This document shows positions 35,330 through 50,417 of a stretch of DNA of 64,000 nt, piece by piece (position 1 is the first letter of the stretch; each line of letters starts with the position of its first letter). A model generated the notes under the pieces. The model was not told the DNA's origin and ran no database searches. It saw only the letters and a list, made by a program, of their open reading frames with translations. Where the stretch lies: NCBI GenBank assembly GCA_964016885.1, contig OZ024740.1:205158001-205222000 (forward strand), given 5' to 3'. The DNA is from Eledone cirrhosa (lineage: Eukaryota). A program made the translations under genes and the position numbers.

Positions 35330-35550
35330 CCCTTTAGCATTTACATTACTCTATATTTACTATTGTATTTTCATGGTAAACACATTATTTCACATAATTA
35401 TCCCACATAATATCAAATCTATTAGACTTTGATATTATTAGTTTTGAGAACAATACCATAACGTTAGTATGAGTGGTCAGTTATGGCCGGTTTGAAAAGA
35501 AAGAGGTGAGAAAATTCTGGACGGATATGGTTGGTTTAAATGCTAGAAGG
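35330..35550. mobile_element. TTAA-targeting piggyBac-like MITE (copies 39077-39358, partial ~6175-6321)
   Basis: TTAA|ccctttagcattta ... taaatgctaaaggg|TTAA termini and a shared internal sequence. Confidence 0.75.
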
Positions 35551-35949
35551 TTAAACAAGTTACAGAATCATTTGAACAGTTCCAAAATATGTTATGATAT
35601 TTGGTATGTCCTCAAATGAGTTGTTTCCATACAAACTGAGAATATAGCAGCTGCATGGTGAAAACATTGCCCTTGAACCCAGCTTTAGTATTTTTGCTTG
35701 GGCAGCATTGTATTTTTCCGCCATTCTGGTACTGTTGTCACATACTGGGATGCCTCATGCAGTGACACATTCTTCAGCGGCAACCTGGTGCAGTCTGTGA
35801 CTAATCCATACCTCCACAGAAATGTTGTTTGTTCAACATGGGAGGAATTGGGAATTGAATCTACTGCTGATACATGATTAAATCATCATCATCATCATTT
35901 TACGTCCGATTTTTCCTGCTTGCAAGGATATTCATATTAATATCATACA

Positions 35950-38175
35950 GATATTGGAAAAGTTCACATAATAAAGATGTTCAATATTTTTACATTTCCA
36001 CAATAAATGGGTTCAATATTTTGATATTGCCACATTAAAGGGTTCAATATTTTTAGGGTTCAATGTTTTTATATTTCCACATTAAAGGGGTTCAATATTA
36101 TTACATTTCCACATTAAAGGGGTTCAATATTTTTACATTTCCACATTAAAGGGGTTCAATATTTTTAGGGTTCAATCATCATCATCATCATCATCGTTTA
36201 ACGTCTATCTTCCATGCTAGCATGGGTTTAGAGGGGAATTGTCCCACTTGAGGCAAGATTGGTCGTCTCGCTCATATAGGACTGTCTGGCAGGTTTTCTA
36301 CGGCTGGATGCCCTTCCTAACACCAACCACGTTTACAGCGTGGACTGGGAGGTTTTTACCATGTTACCTACACGGCCACATTACAGCATGGACTGTGTTT
36401 TTTTGTTGTGACACCTACACAACCTCATTTATTTAGGACTGGATGTTGTGGTACCAACATAACTTTACCGAGAAAGGGGTAGTGTTTATGGGGGTGGGGG
36501 TAGGGGAGTTGGGGGTAGTGGAAGGGGGGTGTATATTTGATTAAGAGGTGCCTACTGACTGTAGGTTTTGCTTTGTACTTACACAAGGCGGGTTTTCTGT
36601 ATCACTGTGTAGCGCCAAAGATCTCGGTCCAGTGACATTGTTTTAGAGAGGTGTAAGTGTGTAAGGTCGGAATTTATCAAATCATCCCAGGTTTTTCTGG
36701 GTCTGCCTACTCCGTAACTTCCGTCAATTTTGTTCGCCCTGCACTTTTTATACAGCTGTTGTTTTTCATGCCAACGTAGTCTTCTTTCAAGTAAACAGCA
36801 TCTGATCCCTCTTATACCTAATTTCTCACTTAGTTCATTTATGCTTTGCTGTTCACGTATATTACTATTACACATCCAAGCTTCGTTCCTCTCCAGTCTG
36901 CGCAGATCCTCTGCACACAATGCCCAAGTCTTACTGCCATGTAACATAGCTGTACGTATGCAGGCATCATACAGTCTGCCTTTCATTTTTAGAGAGAAAC
37001 CTTTAGCAGCCAATAGTGGTATAAGCTCTCTGAACTTTTTCCATCCCGTTCTGACTCTGGCTACTGTACTTTCTGAGCACCCTCCACCACTGCTGATTTT
37101 GTCACCCAGGTAACGGAAGGTGTCCACTATTTCTATAGAGCTATCTGGGCAATAAAAGGAGCTAGTATCCTGTGGGCGCTTGCTACTTATTGCACCTGAG
37201 TACTGGCCACATATAAAATCTACGTTCTTAGATAGCTTACCTGTGATTCCACTACATCTTTTATGCACCCATACTTTGCATCTGGGACATAAAATGGAAT
37301 TTCTGCCTACTCCTTTCCTACACCCTGAGCAAGGCCATTTCCCAGAGGGGACCTGTGCCCTATTTTCCTTCCTACATACTAGAACTTTAGTCTTAAACAA
37401 GTTAACTTTAAGGCCTTTTGATTCTAGGCCATGCTTCCATGTTTGGAATTTCTTCTCTAGTTCATCCATCGATTCAGCTATGAGCGTTACATCATCTGCA
37501 TATAGAAGTTCCTATGGGCAGTCGGTCTTAAACTCCTCTGTTATAGCCTGAAGGGCAATAATAAATAGGAGGAGGAGGGGGTTAAGGAAAGCGCCCTGAT
37601 GAACACCAACTTTTACGCTAAATTCTTCACTATATTTGTTGTTAATTCTAACCTTGGTGACTTTCTTTATATATGGCTTGTAGAGCTCTCACAAGCCATT
37701 CATCAACCCCTAGTATTCTAAAGGCCCACCAGATAATGGCGCGGGGGGGACTCTGTCAAATGCTTTCTCCAATTCAACAAAAGCTAAGTATAGGGGTTTA
37801 CTTTTAACTAGGCAGTTGTCGTACAAGGAAAAGGGCGTCTGTGGTACTTTTACCTGACACAAACCCGAACTGCACTTCATCTAGATCAATTTGCTCTCTG
37901 ATTAGTTGTGCTATGTTTTTATATTTCCATATTAAAGGGTTCAATGTTTTTATATTTCCACATTAAAGGGGTTCACTATTTTTACATTTCCACATTAAAG
38001 GGGTTCAATATTTTTACATTTCCACTTTAAAGGGGTTCAATATTATTACATTTCCACATTAAAGGGGTTCAATATTTTAGGGTTCAATGTTTTATATTTC
38101 CACATTAGAGGGGTTCAATATTTTTACATTTCCACATTAAATGGGTTCAATATTATTACATTTCCACATTAAATC
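35950..38175. repeat. ~32-bp minisatellite (35950-36176 and 37913-38175) split by an RTE insertion
   Basis: Unit atttccacattaaaggggttcaatatttttac on both sides of the LINE. Confidence 0.9.
36176..37912 (-). mobile_element. 5'-truncated RTE LINE (RT with inserted PHD-like finger, 3' UTR, (GAT)n tail)
   Basis: LEKAFD, GVHQG, LLYADD and FRYLG motifs; GRPRKTW; Cys-rich CSGC...CPRC..WVHKRC insertion; tail gatgatgat. Confidence 0.95.
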
Positions 38176-38594
38176 TATTACATTTTAAACATTTCTTTTG
38201 AATGAGCTCAACTTGTGGAGAATATTACAATAATAAATTATGTATTAGAATTTTAAGTTATCAATTTAACTGTTTCATTACCATATTTCTTACAAAAGTT
38301 AAATTAAAATAATAAAGAAAATGGAGGAATTTAGTAATATAACTAACTTTCTGTTTGGAATATAACTTAACAAAGGTTCTTACATATAATTATGATGGAA
38401 TGTTTTTAGATAAATATAAAAACTTTAACCCTCTTGTTACAATATTTCTTATAAAAGCCACTTTTAAATCATTTTGAAAATAATCAAGAACTTGAAGGGA
38501 TTTAGTAATATAGCTTTCTCATTATTTATCTGGTATTTAGAGCATAGCTTAACAAAGGTTCTTACATGGAATTATGATGGAATGCTTAAAGATT

Positions 38595-39055
38595 TACTCT
38601 GTGGAGTGGAGATGGGAGAGATACGCAGTGATATACTTATGGAAGATCCTGGAAGGGTTAGTACCAAACTTCGGCATTGAAAGCAGGACCAACCCACGAA
38701 TAGGACACCACTGTGTAGTGCCATAGGTCCCATCAAGAATAAGGACCACATATTGCAATAGCCTGGGGTTCAAAGGACTTCAGCTTCTTAATAATCTGCC
38801 AAAAAATGTGAGAGATCTACATGGTGTGCATGTAGATGTTTTCAAAAGATATCTCGACATTCTACTGACCAAGATCCCACATTAACCCACAACACGAGGC
38901 AAAGCACAAATAAGAGCAGCAGCAACAAACACCCTTTTGCATCAATGCCCAACCAGGGAAGGCTGGCTATAGAGAGTGTAGCATCAGTGGTGGTGCCCTA
39001 GCATGGCCTCAGACCCACGGCTGGAACACATAATAGAATAATACAGTAATAGAAA
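38595..39055 (+). mobile_element. CR1/L2-type LINE 3' fragment
   Basis: Decayed WKILEGLVPNFGI...G..C...NSLGFKG.QL.N.LPK..RD......FKRYLD.LL..IP C-terminus. Confidence 0.7.
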
Positions 39056-41199
39056 GATAAATATAAACACCTTTAACCCTTTAGTATTTACATTACTCTA
39101 TATATACTATTATATTTTTGTGGTAAAAGCTTTACCACGAGGCGGTACTATAGCCAATGAGGATTATCCGACGCGTGGTTATTGCTAGTTGAAAACTAAA
39201 CAATAATATCTCACCTGATATCAAATCTATGAGATTTTGATATTATTTATTTTGAGAACAATACCTTAACATCAGTATGAGCGACTAGTTACAGCTAGTT
39301 TGAACAGAAAGAGGTGAGAGAATTCTGGCTGGATATGGCCAGTTTAAATGCTAAAGGGTTAAGATAACCTGTTTTGTATTGTGGAACCAAGGACAATTTA
39401 TGATAATGTTTCGATCATACTTTGCTAAACTAATTTGAAATGAAACCTTTGATTTTAATTAAGATTGGACTTTATACCTTGTTTTTCAAGAATTATACAA
39501 CACTTGGGTACCATTGTTGTGGCATAATAAACTAGTTGTTTAGAAAAAAAACAATCTTAATCAAAATATGTTGTTTCAGTCTGATGAAATATGTTATAAT
39601 TTCTTTCAAATCTATTCTAATCTCTCTACTTATGCAATAACAACTATCAGATATGGTTCATACTGATAAAATGTTATTGTATTAAAATGATGTAGTATAT
39701 CATTTAGAAAGATATATATTTGTTTCTACTTTAGGCACAAGGCCAGCAATTACCCAGTTCATTACTGGTACTTTATTTTATCGACCCCGTAAGGATGAAA
39801 GGCAAAGTCAACCTCGGCGGGATTTGAACTCAGATCGTAAAGGGACGTAACTATGCTGGAAAGCATGGCGTCCGACCCTCTACCGATACTGCCAATGAGA
39901 TAATGTAGACCCAGTATGTGAAAAATGAACAGGTGGAGTAAGAATACATGTAAAATATATTCTTTCAAATACTTGGAAGGCTCACTAGAAGTAGTTGATA
40001 GCTTCTGTTACCTAACAGTAGAGATGGTTGTTGTGAAAGTACAGTAGTTAAAGCAAGAATGGGTTGAGAAAGTTCAAGACACTACTACCTCTGCTAGCAA
40101 AAAAGGGTTTCTATTTCAGAGTGAAGAACATATTCTATGATTTTTGTGCACAAACTGTGATGTTACATGGTAGTGAAATGTGAGTCTTGAATGGGGCACT
40201 GGAAGCAATCACAGCAGAGAAGTATTTTACTGCAAGCATTCCTTTGGTTAGTCTGCGCCTGTCCATACTGTAAAGTGGTCATGTAGGTGTCCTGACAAAA
40301 AGCACCTAGTACACACTGTAAATGTGGTTGGCGTTAGGAAGGGCATCCAACCGTAGAAACCAAGCCCAAATCAGTTCCGTGTGAGCAAAACACAGTCCTC
40401 CGACCTGGATCTCTCACAACGGGACAACCTGTCTAACCCATGCTAGCGTTGAAAAATGGACGTTAAACAAGGATGATGATGGTAATGAAGCTTCTCTAAA
40501 TTAGATTCAAAGCAAGCTTGTTTATTGAGATGTAAAGTATATTACTGTCAAATTTTTAAATATATATATTTGCTACTCCTTAAATGTTGAGTTGTTAGAC
40601 AGTTTAAGTTTACTGTTATTTCTAGTAACAATTTTATACTCGTCACCAAGTCTTTAATGAACAAATTTTTACCTTTGTTTAGTTCCCCGCATGCGTACAG
40701 TATTGTGCATTATGTTGGATATTTCTGGATGTTCGTAATGTTCAGCAACAGGTAAATATATCTTTTTTCTTAGAATAGGAAACAGAACCCGCTCCGAAGA
40801 TCGGCAAGTTCTGGTGGAATGAGCTATCTTAAATAGTTAATTAACTGTGATGGTCAATTTTGTTCTTTTGCTTGTGAAGCTGCAGTAAGGGCAACATTTA
40901 TTGATCCCTCTAGCTTTAGGTCGTTTAACAAGGAATCTACCCCTAGAGTGCCTGTGAAGTTTCTTATTTTATTTTAAAGTACTTTACTGTGATCTTCCCT
41001 TATTTAAGATATTTCTCTCTCTTTCTATGCATGTCTATACATATACGCGTGCGTGCGTGCGTGGTAATATCTGTAGGTGTGAAAAAGGAAAACAGTACCC
41101 AGTCGAGAAGAGAGCAGAAATATTATATTATATATTTATGTTCATACACGGAACGAAAGCGCTTCCCAAGGTTTCAAGACCAATACTGACGACACGTCT

Positions 41200-41708
41200 T
41201 GAATACAAGAGGGATCAAAATTGTGACTTATCTTCAGGTGCTTATACGAGTTTTTTTTCGTATAAGCACTTAATCAAAGTATGCGCCTAAACTATCAACA
41301 CACTTTTGCCATCTTAATGGTAACTTGTTTATGTTGGCAGCAAAGAAGCCTGGGGGGCGAGAGGCAATGAAATCACAAAAGGCTGTTTTTGCAGCTTCTT
41401 GAGGAGTGAATGTTTTTCCTAGCAAGACGTGGTTCAGTGCTTGGAAGACATGATAGTCAGTTGGTGCAAGGTCTGATGAAATATAGTGTGTGACAGAGAG
41501 TTTCTAAGCCTAGCTCCTGTAGTTTGAGCAGCGTTGTTTGTGCGACATATGGTCTAGCGTTGTCTTGCAAGAGGATTGACCTGTGTCTATTGACCAATCT
41601 TGGTTGTTTAATCGCAAGGTCCCTCATCATTCCATCCAATTGGTACATCCGCTGTAATGGATTGGCCAAGTTTACAAAGCTGTAGTAGATGAAGCCAGCG
41701 CTGGACTA
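41200..41708 (-). mobile_element. Mariner transposase 3' fragment
   Basis: ILLQDNARPYVAQTT...LCH.LYS(S)DLAPTDYHVF motifs. Confidence 0.85.
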
Positions 41709-43295
41709 CCCTTTTTTGTGTGTTTGTTTTTTTGCGATTTATTAGCCTTTTGGGGTCACACACGCCCCCGTAGAAAGTGTGCGACCTTTCTGCCAGGGAG
41801 CACAGAGAGAGGGGGTGCTCCCTTCTTCTCTTACCTGTACAAGCCGATATAGAGAGATGGCCCACTTACACGGGCCATTATTGCTACTTTCACCCATCTT
41901 TCATGGAATTGGCTGGGACTGAGTGCCTTTTTCGGGTGAAAGTAGCAATAATGGCCCGTGTAAGTGGGCCATCTCTCTATATCGGCTTGTACAGGTAAGA
42001 GAAGAAGGGAGCACCCCCCTCTCTCTGTACTCCCTGGCAGAAAGGTCGCACACTTTCTACGGGGGGGGGGGGGGTGACCCCAAAAGGCTAATAAATCGCA
42101 AAAAAACAAACAAAAAAGGGGCAAATAAAGAAATTTATGCCCCAGTGGCAAATAAATCGGAAAAAAAAAAAAAAAAAAAAAAAATTATTTCTTTTAACGG
42201 CTAAAAAAAGGGGGAATGTAAATTTGTTGGAATAGCCTCATACATTGAAGTAAGCAGCAACTGCAGCAAGTAAGCGGCATTTAGACAGCTAAAATTGGAT
42301 ATCGCCGATTTCTTTATTTGCCCCCCCCCCCTTTTTTTTGCGATTTATTAGCCTTTTGGGGTCACACACACCCCCGTAGAAAGTGTGCGTTACTGTGGAG
42401 AAGGAATTAGAAACAATTTTATCAAAATTCACTGCTATTCGGGAACATACAAAGCGAACTTTGGGTGACATACCAACTTCTGTTGATAATATAAGGAAAG
42501 AAATCAGTGAAGGTATTTATTACATTTTGATTGCATTTTTATTACAACCACTAATACTTACTATTATACCGAGGGGCCCTGCCCGTTCGGGAAAGGCTCT
42601 ACAGACACGGATTCCGGGACGGAAACCCCTTGGAAAAGAAATGTCCCAGATGCGTTTGCAACGAGGAAACTGTGGGGATATGTCGCCGGCCAACAAATGG
42701 TCCTCTTCTTCCGATACCACTTCGAAAGAAGGATCAAGGTGGAGAAAAAGGCACTCAGTCCCAGCCAATTCTATGAAAGATGGGCGAAAGTAGCAATAAT
42801 TGTTTCTACTTTTGAAAGTAGCAATAATTGTTTCTACTTTAGGCACAAGGCCAGCAATTACCCAGTGCATTACTGGTACTTTATTTTATCGACCCCGTAA
42901 GGATGAAAGGCAAAGTCAACCTCGGCAGGATTTGAACTCAGATCGTAAAGGGACGTAACTATGCTGGAAAGCATGGCGTCCGACCCTCTACCGATACTGC
43001 CAAAATGGCCCGTGTAAGTGGGCCATCTCTCTATATCGGCTTGTACAGGTAAGAGAAGAAGGGAGCACCCCCCCTCTCTCTGTGCTCCCTGGCAGAAAGC
43101 TCGCACACTTTCTACGGGGGTGTGTGTGACCCCAAAAGGCTAATAAATCGCAAAAAAACAAACAAAAAAAAGGGGCAAATAAAGAAATCTATGCCCCATA
43201 AATAAATCTATATTTCTTTTAACGGCTAAAAAAAAGGGGAATGTAAATTTGTTGGAATAGCCTCATACATTGAAGTAAGCAAATTGGATATCGCC
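41709..43295. mobile_element. Rearranged cluster of the Merlin-like element of 14258-15048 (inverted duplication, two TIR ends, nested SINE)
   Basis: Arms 41709-41895 and 41934-42120 are reverse complements; TIR ends ttggatatcgcc at 42306 and 43295; internal sequence shared with 14565-14830. Confidence 0.88.
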
Positions 43296-43519
43296 CACGT
43301 GCTATTTATATGTATTGCTTTGAGCGAGTATGCAAGAGCGTGTATGTATATGACGTGTATGCGTGAATGTGTGTGATTATATAAATGCCTATGTATGTGT
43401 GTAAATGCCGTGACATATTTGTGTGTGTATGTAAGAATGTATAACAAAATACTGGTGTGTATGAATATAACAAAGATGCTCGGTTGTGTATATAAAGTTT
43501 AATTAACAAGTTGAAGTTA

Positions 43520-43833
43520 TGTAGAACAGAATTGTTGACATGTCAATGGGTAGATGAAAGAATGAAGTTATTTGTTACCGTTTTGAAGTTAGCTCGCAAG
43601 AGACCATGTTAGGGTTGCCAGTCGAACGCGCCTGGCCGAAGGGCCAGGCAGGTTAGAAGGCCAGGAGCCGAAAGGCAAATGAGAGAGAGAGAGAGATCGC
43701 TCTGAGTATCCTTTTTATAGGGTCTCAAGACGGAAGTGACAAAAAGGGAAGTAATTCCAGCTACTTCCTGTCTAGAGAGCGTTAATCTATTGGTGACGTG
43801 ATCGTCACAACAAGGGAGGCAACTCTTGCTACA
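43520..43833 (-). mobile_element. Possible solo LTR
   Basis: Inverted termini TGTAG...CTACA and a TATA-like ctataaaaagg on the minus strand. No TSD found. Confidence 0.45.
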
Positions 43834-43849
43834 AATGTGTGCAGGTATT

Positions 43850-44164
43850 TGTCGGGTTGAATTTATATCTTGGGGGGACCCAGGCACTTCAGGTCTGGGG
43901 GCCCCTCATACACAAAAAACTAGAATACACAGCAACCCCCTCCACCAATTTTACATATCAAAATTAGCTTGGCGCAAGTAATTGAAATTGAAACGTTATA
44001 CATACAGGTATTAAATAAAACAATTCTAACTATCCTAAAACTAAAAAGCCCAGCTGAGGGCACAAATAAATTGCTACAGCCGTCGCTGGTGGGGACACCC
44101 ACTGCAGGGAGCCAGGGGAAATTGCGCCCTTTGACCCCCCCCCCCCCCATTACATCCGGCCCTG
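43850..44164 (-). mobile_element. hAT-like MITE (second copy 52488-52814 +)
   Basis: Terminus cagggccggat(t/g)taatgg. The two copies are homologous in inverted orientation, and the ORF-track peptides match (LKLKSPAE.TNKLL.PSLV). Confidence 0.75.
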
Positions 44165-44224
44165 TGTATGTGAGAACGTTTGAGTGTGCGTAAGCACATG
44201 TATGCATGTAGATATGCATGTATA

Positions 44225-46289
<2,065 letters not shown>

Positions 46290-46290
<1 letters not shown>

Positions 46291-46837
46291 ATACATGCAT
46301 ATCTACATACACACACATGCTTACACACACAGGTTCTCACATACACGCATATATTCTTACACACACACACAAAAACATATGTCACTGCATTTACACACAT
46401 ACATACACATATACTCATACACATTTATACATATACATACACACTTACATTCAAGTTCATACACACACACGTGCTTACACACACGAGCTTACACACACAC
46501 GTGCTTACACACACACATGCTTACATACACACATGCTTACACACATACGTGCTTACACACACACCCACATATACAAACATATATCACTTGCCTTTACACA
46601 CATACATTTATATACTAATACACATCATCATCATCATCATTTCATTTTACGTCCGATTTTCCCTGCTTGCAAGGGTGGGACGGGAACTGATTCTGGCATG
46701 ATTTCTACAGCTGGATGCCCTTCCTAACACCAACCTCATTTACAGTGAGTGCTGGGTGCTTTTTTCCGTGGCACCTACACGTTTACACACACACACACAC
46801 ACACATTTACACACACATACACGCGCGCACGCGCGCG

Positions 46838-46930
<93 letters not shown>
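46290..46930. repeat. CA-rich microsatellites (similar tracts at 43310-43500, 55640-55950, 58657-58870, 61140-61370)
   Basis: (CA)n, (CG)n and degenerate ACACAT repeats. Confidence 0.95.
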
Positions 46931-47228
46931 ACCAACAATAAAGCAATTCATTGTTGATTATCTTTCCTTAACTGATGAAACCCTCATTTCTTTTATTCAA
47001 TTAAACCTTCATTAGATAAGAAGCTAATCAGCTGTCAATACTCATAACGTTATCTTTATTAGTGTTAGGTACTGTTACGTGATATACAACATGTTGGTCA
47101 AGTTAGTGGCGTAGCATGGGCAAAGCCACAGGGATGGTCACCCCCAGTTCAGACAGGGGTAACCACAGTAAATAAGATACTCAATACATTAGTAGAATGT
47201 AAACATTATGTTTAATATATAAATGGTT

Positions 47229-48669
47229 TCTATATGACTAGAACTGTTTCATTCAAAAGAAATCATCAGGAAAGCCCTGATGAGAGAGAGAGAGAGAGAG
47301 GGGGAGATAGAGAGGGTGAGAGAGAGAGACTAAAAGAGAGGAAGAGTTACAGAGGGTGAGAGAGAATGTGTGTGTGACAAGATAGAGAAACACAGAGAGA
47401 GAAGTTTGTAGCAGACTAGAAGAAATTGAAAGAGACCGCACACTGTGTGTGTAACTGTGTGTGTGTGTGTATAACTGTGTGAGACAAGACTATGCTATTG
47501 TACAGGAAAGGTGGGGACGAAAGTAACTATTAGCAGAGAAAGTGAAAGGAAGACGCTGTATGTTTATTTCTGTTCTGTTCTGTGTGCATGTATGTATGTG
47601 TCAGTGAAGATTGTGTGTATGTGTGACCACAAAAGTCTAGAATCACCTTAAACCATAGATCAAAGTATCAGTTGAAGGTTTAACAATATTGTGTTAGCTT
47701 TTATAAAGTTGTTTTACACCAGTCTTTGATTTTACAGAACATAGAAAAAATTTATACTATTTGAAATTAATCTACGGTGTATATTAATTGAGGTTTTTGA
47801 GGATAGTGTCATATGCCAAAACACCGCTCATCTATCAGAAGATTACAATGTCTGCCAAACGATTGAAATCTTCAAGGGAAAGAGAAACTCACGAACAATA
47901 TAATAAAAGACTTGGGAATAAAGGGACAAGTCAACATTGGGACATTCAGCAGAATATGAGATGGGAAACAGAATGATTAAGACAACAAGAAAGACGACCG
48001 CAACTTTCTGAAAGTGTACAGAACCTGAGACAGGAAACAGAAAGATTAAGGCAAGACGAAAGACTATCGCAACAAACAAAGGTTCAATATGAAAATCACC
48101 AAGAGGCAATGAAAGTTGCGATGCAAACTTGACGAGCACAAAGGACTCTTCAAGACAGAATAAACTGGCTAAGAGCTGCGTTTTCATATGATCCATCAAA
48201 GAATTATAGAAATGATCCTAAAGTCAGGATAGGTAGCATGGATATTACACTTGGCATGTGTTGTTTTGGAGGAAAGGTCAGACACCACTGATAGAGGATC
48301 CTCCAGCTTTTATCCATATACTGCTTACTGACCGTACTGACAAAGCTAAACACTTCAGAAGCAATGTTATGCGGTATATTGCTGTGTTTCAGATGACGTC
48401 CTTTGGAGCTGAAAAAGATCATACTGACTATGGTTATTTCACCACATTTAAAATCCAAGGCCAATGCTACCATTTAATCGGCAGTTTATTCCCTCAGCCT
48501 AATAAGGAAGTTTTATGATTGTTTTTTTTTTATGTCTCTCTCTCTCTCTCACACACATTACAGTCTCACCTCAAACTGTAAACCAGACAATACATCCAAT
48601 ACACTCATTTTGTCTTTTATCCGTCTTCACTTAACTGTTCTCTTGGGCAAATCCGAGTACCTCAGCTAG
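47229..48669 (+). mobile_element. Helitron remnant with a RepHel N-terminal fragment
   Basis: GMCCFGGKV...AKHFRSNVMRYIAVFQMTSFG...TFKIQGQCYHLIGSLFP at ~48200-48518, typical of the Helitron region upstream of Rep. 3' end cttgggcaaatccgag...CTAG|T. The 5' end is uncertain. Confidence 0.82.
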
Positions 48670-49214
48670 TAATATATACTAAGGAAGTGACAATTAAACA
48701 GAGACATATTGAGTGTAAGAGAACGCTTCAGTCTGGACAATCATGTGATAACCTCTCTAATGCTAGTCCCACAATAAAATACACCCAGTTCACTCTGTAA
48801 GGTGGTTGGTATTAGGAGGGACATCCAGCCATAGAAATTATGCCAAATATAGAACATATGAGCAAGAAGTAGTCTAATCTCAGAACATAACAATCCATCC
48901 AACACTTGGCAGCATGGAGAGTGGATGTTAAATTATGATGATGATGATACTGAGTTTGTTATATAATAATAGTTCATGTTTATTGCCAATGAATTGACAG
49001 TCATCAGAACATCAGATAGATGCCTTGCAGTATTTATAAGCTCTTTATTTTCTGAGTTCAAATTCCACCAGAGTCAACTTTGCTTTTCATCCTTCCTGGG
49101 TCAATAAAATAAAATACCAGTCAAGTAATGGTTCTTTATTTTTTTTAGGAAAATAAAGGAAATCAACTTTCCCCTCTTCCCAAAATTGCTGGCCTTGTGC
49201 CTAAATTAGAAACC

Positions 49215-49990
49215 ATTATTATTTAGACTGTTTTCTCAGATAAGGTGTTGAAAATCCTGATATTGTATGATAGTAGACCACAACCAGTGGCTTTAGGCAT
49301 CACTAAATTTGTCTCCATCAACTGTTCATAACTTTCCAACTAGATTGTACTGTTTCCAAAAGACAAGATTTCTGGAATAAAGCTATAGAGCATTCAATTT
49401 CTATTTCCTTTATCCAATGATCAAATTTATGAGTTACTATTTCCAAAGCCACATACCACTCTTGCTATTACATTTTCAATTTCCACAACTGTGCAACCTC
49501 ATATTTTAATAGATTGTAGTTTCTCTTCTTTTCCTCTTCTTTTTTTCTTTATTTTTGAGTCGAAAGAGCATAAAGGGTTTATTATATATCCCGCTTTCTG
49601 TCTTTTGTCCCCTTCCCTTATGTCTGGCTTATTGTGCTCTAATACCTTGTCTGTTTGTATTGCAAAGTCCCCTAATATTTTACAATCTTCCAATTCAATT
49701 ACTTTCTGTGATTTACAGTTGAACCACTTAACCTCACACTCAAATCACCATTTCTGGCCAAGTTTCCAATATATAACCTAGACTACTTCATCATGTAGAG
49801 TGCACTGCGCAGGCTTCCTTGAAAGGACACGTGTCCCAGTCTTCACAGCACAGATTTTCATTCTTACTATGCAACACTTGGCAGCAAACCTATCAAGTGC
49901 ATTGTCAGATATCATCTTCCAACAAGTTAAGTAGTACCATGTTGTCTGCAAATTCCATAACAGTTCTAGTCCTGTAGAAGCCATCTCTAT
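49215..49990 (-). mobile_element. R4/Dong-like non-LTR retrotransposon 3' fragment (restriction-like endonuclease)
   Basis: HDEV...YWKL..KW...EDCKILGDFAIQTDKVLEHNKPDI..., matching the RHD..ILWDF.IQTD....N.PDI signature; (TAA)-like tail. Confidence 0.78.
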
Positions 49991-50201
49991 ATTAAACATG
50001 GTATATATATATTCACAATTGTATTCTTTCAGTCATTATGTAGATTTTCATTTTTCTTTTATTCAGGAATCATTTGGCAATATGGAATAAGGTTTATATA
50101 TATATATATTAAAAAGAAAATCTTAATAGAAACTTCAATTATTTATATAACATAATATGAATAAATATATTTGAAATGTAAGCATCCCAATGTAAATGAT
50201 T

Positions 50202-50417
50202 AGAATAATAGTTAATCATTATAAGTAATAGTTGAGAGAATTGGGTAAAGTAACACTAGAGATGGAAAAATATTGACAGAGGGGCCTGCAAGGAATCAAA
50301 TTCTACATCTCTTGGATGTCAGGATTCCACTCTGGCACCTTTGTCTACTTTTTCTGTATCCAGGGGACCTTTACTTGATTTTCTCAACTATTATTTATAG
50401 TGATTAATTATTATTCT
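50202..50417. repeat. Imperfect fold-back element (~216 bp)
   Basis: agaataatagttaatcattataagtaatagttgagagaattgggtaaag pairs with ctttacttgattttctcaactattatttatagtgattaattattattct; pairing continues inward to ggaatc/gattcc and acatc/gatgt. Confidence 0.8.

Noticed and set aside
47225-47278. Hammerhead on the minus strand (ctgatga tttcttttgaat gaaa c...gtc)
   Set aside because: Core words are present but no stem I forms next to the cleavage site; probably chance.
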